Shown one piece after another: positions 59,521-64,000 of a stretch of DNA of 64,000 nucleotides (its first letter is position 1; each line of letters starts with the position of its first letter). The notes under the pieces were generated by a model. It was not told the origin of the DNA. It worked only from the letters and a program-made list of their open reading frames with translations, and searched no databases. The stretch spans positions 62,001 to 126,000 of the forward strand of contig NW_003314267.1 of the NCBI RefSeq assembly GCF_000143415.4, given 5' to 3'. This DNA comes from Selaginella moellendorffii. Lineage: Eukaryota > Plantae > Lycopodiophyta. Made by a program: the position numbers and the translations under genes.

Positions 59521-61754
59521 CCAAGAAGAAACCCTCTCCAACTAAGTAGAGAGGGAACATACTCTTCCAAGATGTTTGGAATCAAAGACACTTCTTCACT
59601 GAGAGTAATTCGACATTTTCTTGCCTGAATTGAGAAGATAATCTACATTTCTTGGTGTCAACAGATTTCTTCACACTAAGCATTTCTTCTTTATAACCTA
59701 ATGCAAAGATCCTGTTACTTATTGATGTGAACCAGAATAGTCGACAGATTTTTTGTAAGCAAAATTGACAGATCCAAGTAAGCAGAGACCTATGTGCAAA
59801 ATGCTTCGCCCTGGACAGCACAAGAACGAGCTTAGCAAAAAAAAGAAAAAAGGGAAAAAAAAAGGAACAATCAAGAAAATATCTTACGTTTGAACCTATC
59901 GCTGGAACTTGCGTCACTAGTGGTTCCCAAGGCTCATGATCAGATTACATCAAATCTAGCCATAAGTAATAATGTACTATAAATAAATGTCTTCTTCATA
60001 TTGCCTTGCTTTGTTCATTTTGTTTCATATCTAACTTTGAAAGGAACTTTGTTCTCTGTAGGATAGAGTACTATTCAGCAAGGCATCAAGAACGGTGGCA
60101 GCTGATATGTGGATACTCTTCTCCCAAGGAGGAAGAGTAATGGACTGTAAGATGATCTTTCAATGATTTCAGTAGTGTAATGCAAAATGCCTTCAGCCCT
60201 CTAGCAATTCTAAGAGTATACTAGGAGGCACAGATTGATTATAGGGTGGAGTGAGGATGTAAGTTATTGGTGTGCTTTTTTGGCTTACTTTTGGATTGTT
60301 CCATCTTAGTCCGAAGGCTGAGGATGTTAATAAGGAGCCAGATGGGCTACAAGGCCAGGGCATATCGTCATGGACAGGGGAGCCAAGCTGAATCCATTGT
60401 TAGCTTACTTGCTTGAGGAGCAGACTATGGCACTACTCAACTGTGCAAGGGAGTTGGTGATTGAGTGCAAAAGGTAGAAGTCTTTAGAAAGAAACCTGTA
60501 TTTTCTGGGCAATTTCTACAAAACAAATGAAGAGAAAAAATTGATAGAAATTTATGGATTATAGCATATAATTATTTAAGTCTTAGAGAGTTCATTTGGC
60601 AATGGTTTTTCTTTTACAGCAACTAGTTGTTTTGGATCTAGTTGAGTAAGATAGTTTATTCTTGATTGGTATCCTAATAAAGGCAGAACAATAGTGACCA
60701 AAATGGTGGATGATTTAGTTCATCAATAGAGTCTAGCAAAATTTCTACTAACTTTAATTCATTGGGAACGTGTTAATCCAGGTAAACCCAAGTGGTGCTT
60801 AATTTGCCTCTTGTAGCCTCTGATTTGGACTACAAGAAGCAAATGCCAAAGTAGATTCAAGCTGAAGCATTGGAAGAGTTTCATAAGCACAAAACAACTA
60901 TATTTTTGCAAGCTAAGATTAGGCATCACTCTCATTGCAGTCACGTCACACGCTCACACTTGCAATCTAATATCGCGTGGAAGCATCGTCGATCGTTGCA
61001 GGAATGAGAGTGGAGCACGTGCCAGGGACTTCCTGGTCCATCTCTTCAAGTGTGGATCTCGAGGACGAGCCTGTCATTTTCATGGTGACGATAATGATGG
61101 AGTTCTAACAATGCTGACCCAAAAACAACAAGCTTGATTCTTCGGCTTGACCCTGGGCACAAACTGGCAACATATTTGATGGATTTGCAGATCGAGCACC
61201 GAGTCGTGGTTTGCCGAGACGCGAGTCGATTCCATGTTTTCAAGGATGGAGTGTGTTGATTTTGGAGCTTGGAGGTAAGCATCGTTTCTTTTCTTACGGA
61301 CTTTTCTCACGGCTTGGATTTGAACAGAGCTTTTACGATTCGTCACAACGGTAAAAGTCCTCCAAGTGAAAATTACGATTTTTCTACTAGAGACATCATA
61401 AAAATTCGTGATCAAGCACATGGAACTGGCGAAAAAGAGATGGATTTTTTTTCTTACCATGCACGAGCAATAGTCCAAATCAGAATAAATGTTTAGAATT
61501 TAACATTTAAATAGAAACCAAAATTGTTTTTTATCTTATTAATTCATGTTCTTTTATTTTTAAAATATCATATAATCTAAATGAATTTAATCATAAGTGG
61601 CTTTAGAAACATCTTTATGCCTTCTTTGTGTCAGGTGATAAGTGTTCTAATCTACCACTTTCTAGAAGGTTGTTTTTTCATAGAATATGATTATCACTAA
61701 CCCTTTTTTATTAAGCAAAAAATTCCAAAATATTATAATTTTAAAGTTAATATT

Positions 61755-63492
61755 TTAAAGTTTATTACATTCAAAGCATTTAGAAAACAATCCAAAGCGC
61801 TCAACTTTGTGAAATAGACTATACATGCTTGCCCATGCACCAAAACCCATACCTACAATTGCCACCCATAGCACAATCCCAAGATTAATGCAGTAAACTC
61901 CCACCCAACTATTAAAAATCCAAATTGGAGGTTGTTCTATAGCATTCTGAAATTTCTTTAGTAGTTAACTTATTTGCTTATAAAAATTGTTTTAATTACC
62001 TCTCTTGATTCTTCATGTTGTCTAATAACCATAAATGCAACACATGGAAGAATATAAACTGCTATACTGGAGAGGAAAGATCCCACAACTGAGTTTATCG
62101 ATCCAAAAAATGGTAGCATAAGTGCAAATAAACATATTATAAGCACAATGGGTATCCTTGCAAAATATTTTATAGTTTGGTTATTGGAGTGATGAATGCC
62201 TAGCATCTTTTCCCACATTGCAAAAACAGGAACTATAAATGCTGCAAACTCAATTATCTGCACAATAAAAGTTTGTGAATTACAATGTAAACTTAAGAAA
62301 TAAACCTTTTGACCTGATGAGCTAGCATGAGAATTACTGCTATAGTCTTAAATTTAGATGGAGAAAAAACGGCAAGAGCATTTGGATGTTCAAGCATTTT
62401 ATCTCCAAACCTCCAATATACACTTATTGCAGATGGTAATGTAAGTGTGAGAATATAGAGAATGGCATAGACATAAACAAACTTGAATTTTCTTGGCTGG
62501 TCCATAGCTTCTATTATCTCCCTTCATTGAAAGTATAGGCCTTTGTAAGGAAATATGATTTTGTTGATACTTACAGGGTTAGAGCATGACTGCCAAATGT
62601 GTAAATAATATTTGTAGTTCCTGTGAAGTACTCAACTGAGCTTGTTGGGCCTGTATGTACAGCATTCTGATGCTGCAAAGCAAACATTATATATTCCAGA
62701 GTTTAATTTTCAGAATCTCCTACCTTTTCAAAAAATAGTGCAGCAATTGTCATGTACCAAGCAGTGTAACTTGTCATAAAAACACCTAAGAACATCCAAA
62801 GGTGATAATTGCGAGCCATTCGAATGAATAATGTAGAGAAACATATAGCTCCAAAAATATATGTCCAAGTCCTTTTATCAAGGTTGTCATTTATGTACCA
62901 TACAGTGCTGTAGTCCAATTTTAAGAATTATACAAGATCCTTATTAAAATACTCACTTCCCACAAGCTACCAACTGAATTGTTGCAGCACTCAACATCAG
63001 CATGCAGTTGAATAGCAAACCAAGTGCTTTCCACCATCGACCCAAAAGGGCTTCCAAAACTTCATACCACTGCCACCAAAGCATTTGTTCATAGAAGATC
63101 TTATGAGAAATTCATTCCTTTTCAGACCTGAATAATATGATTTTCTTTTCGTAATTTTTGCGAGTCTAATATCCAAATATAATCAGCATACAGGGATGTA
63201 GTCATATAGCAGCTCCAACATCCAAGAGCGCCATATAAAAGCTGAAATACCACTCCTGATGCCAGCCCCATTTGAGCAAAAGAGTGTGGGAGCGTAAGAA
63301 GAACTTGCGCTACCTACAAGAGTGAAGAAAAATTCCAAATCTACAAAGTAAAATGTGCTGTAGAGAAGCATTTACTTGCACAGTAGTGGCTGTGAGCCAT
63401 GCATCAAACGCGGAGCCTCGCCGGAGGAAAACTCTACTAATCTGATCTTCCATTGCACTAGTTCTAGTGCTTCTATTTCCAAAGGATTCCAT
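61755..63492 (-). CDS. Divergent AUX1/LAX-family permease, copy 4 (older paralog)
   Basis: RGSAFDAWLTATTVQVAQVLLTLPHSFAQMG, INDNLDKRTWTYIFGA, YTFGSHA, PFFGSINSVVGS, FSKCFECNKL*. Confidence 0.9.
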
Positions 63493-64000
63493 GAGAATGT
63501 AGAGTTCGGTATTGCGTACTCCCAAAGCTTATCGCTTTTAGAGCCCTTGCAGTCAAGTTCCAAGTCTTTTGAGGATATGAAAACGATTTGGCAGGCAAAG
63601 GACTTCCGTTTTGTCCAAATCAGATGACATCACAGACTCGGAATTCAAGTCAAGAATTTTACGTTGAAGGATTGCCATTTTCGAAGGAACAAACTAGAAC
63701 AAGTCAAGTGTACAAAAACGTGAATTGTCGCAAGCACAAAAATCCTTGCGTCCTGCCGCAAGGAATTTAAACCTTTGATCGATCAGTGCGTCTTTCTTCG
63801 TTGTCTGGGTTTCTCTGTCATGACCTTGTAGATCCAAAATGCCTGCTTGGACGGATAAACAAAAGAAAGAAAAGATAGCCAAAGAGCTTACAAATGCGAG
63901 AAGATGCGCCACGACGAGCGCCACAACGAGGAAAGGAACGTATCTTACGAGCGTGGGATTGTCCGCGGCAGCATGGCGATGGAATCTAGCACTGCTCTTG

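Noticed and set aside
63694-63924. ORF resembling a secreted peptide
   Set aside because: Non-ATG start, and the hydrophobic part is a pyrimidine-rich intron-like tract; probably terminal exons of a gene outside the window

Overview
Gene-dense land-plant nuclear DNA with very short (~50-110 nt) introns and S-motif-rich PLS-class PPR genes, most consistent with the lycophyte Selaginella (inference). Left part: subtilase, reticulon, PPR, a small conserved plant protein, a RING-vWA (WAV3-like) gene and a peroxisomal enoyl-CoA isomerase. Middle (14.5-29.4 kb): a transposon nest with an assembly gap and a full-length but disabled chromodomain Ty3/gypsy element (335-bp LTRs, GGTTT TSD). That element shows a Tf1/Sushi-type self-priming site instead of a tRNA PBS and a GGGAAAC + hairpin -1 frameshift signal, and it carries two nested mini-insertions. 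Right part: a mosaic of local duplications containing four divergent AUX1/LAX-like transporter copies, an atypical protein tyrosine phosphatase abutting a PPR gene with insertion-bearing L motifs, a small HSP, PheRS beta, an LTR-like unit carrying a plastid 16S rRNA 3' fragment, an orphan repetitive membrane-anchored protein with RxLL motifs, and a frameshifted PPR. Exon boundaries and alignments were read by eye; no database searches were run.
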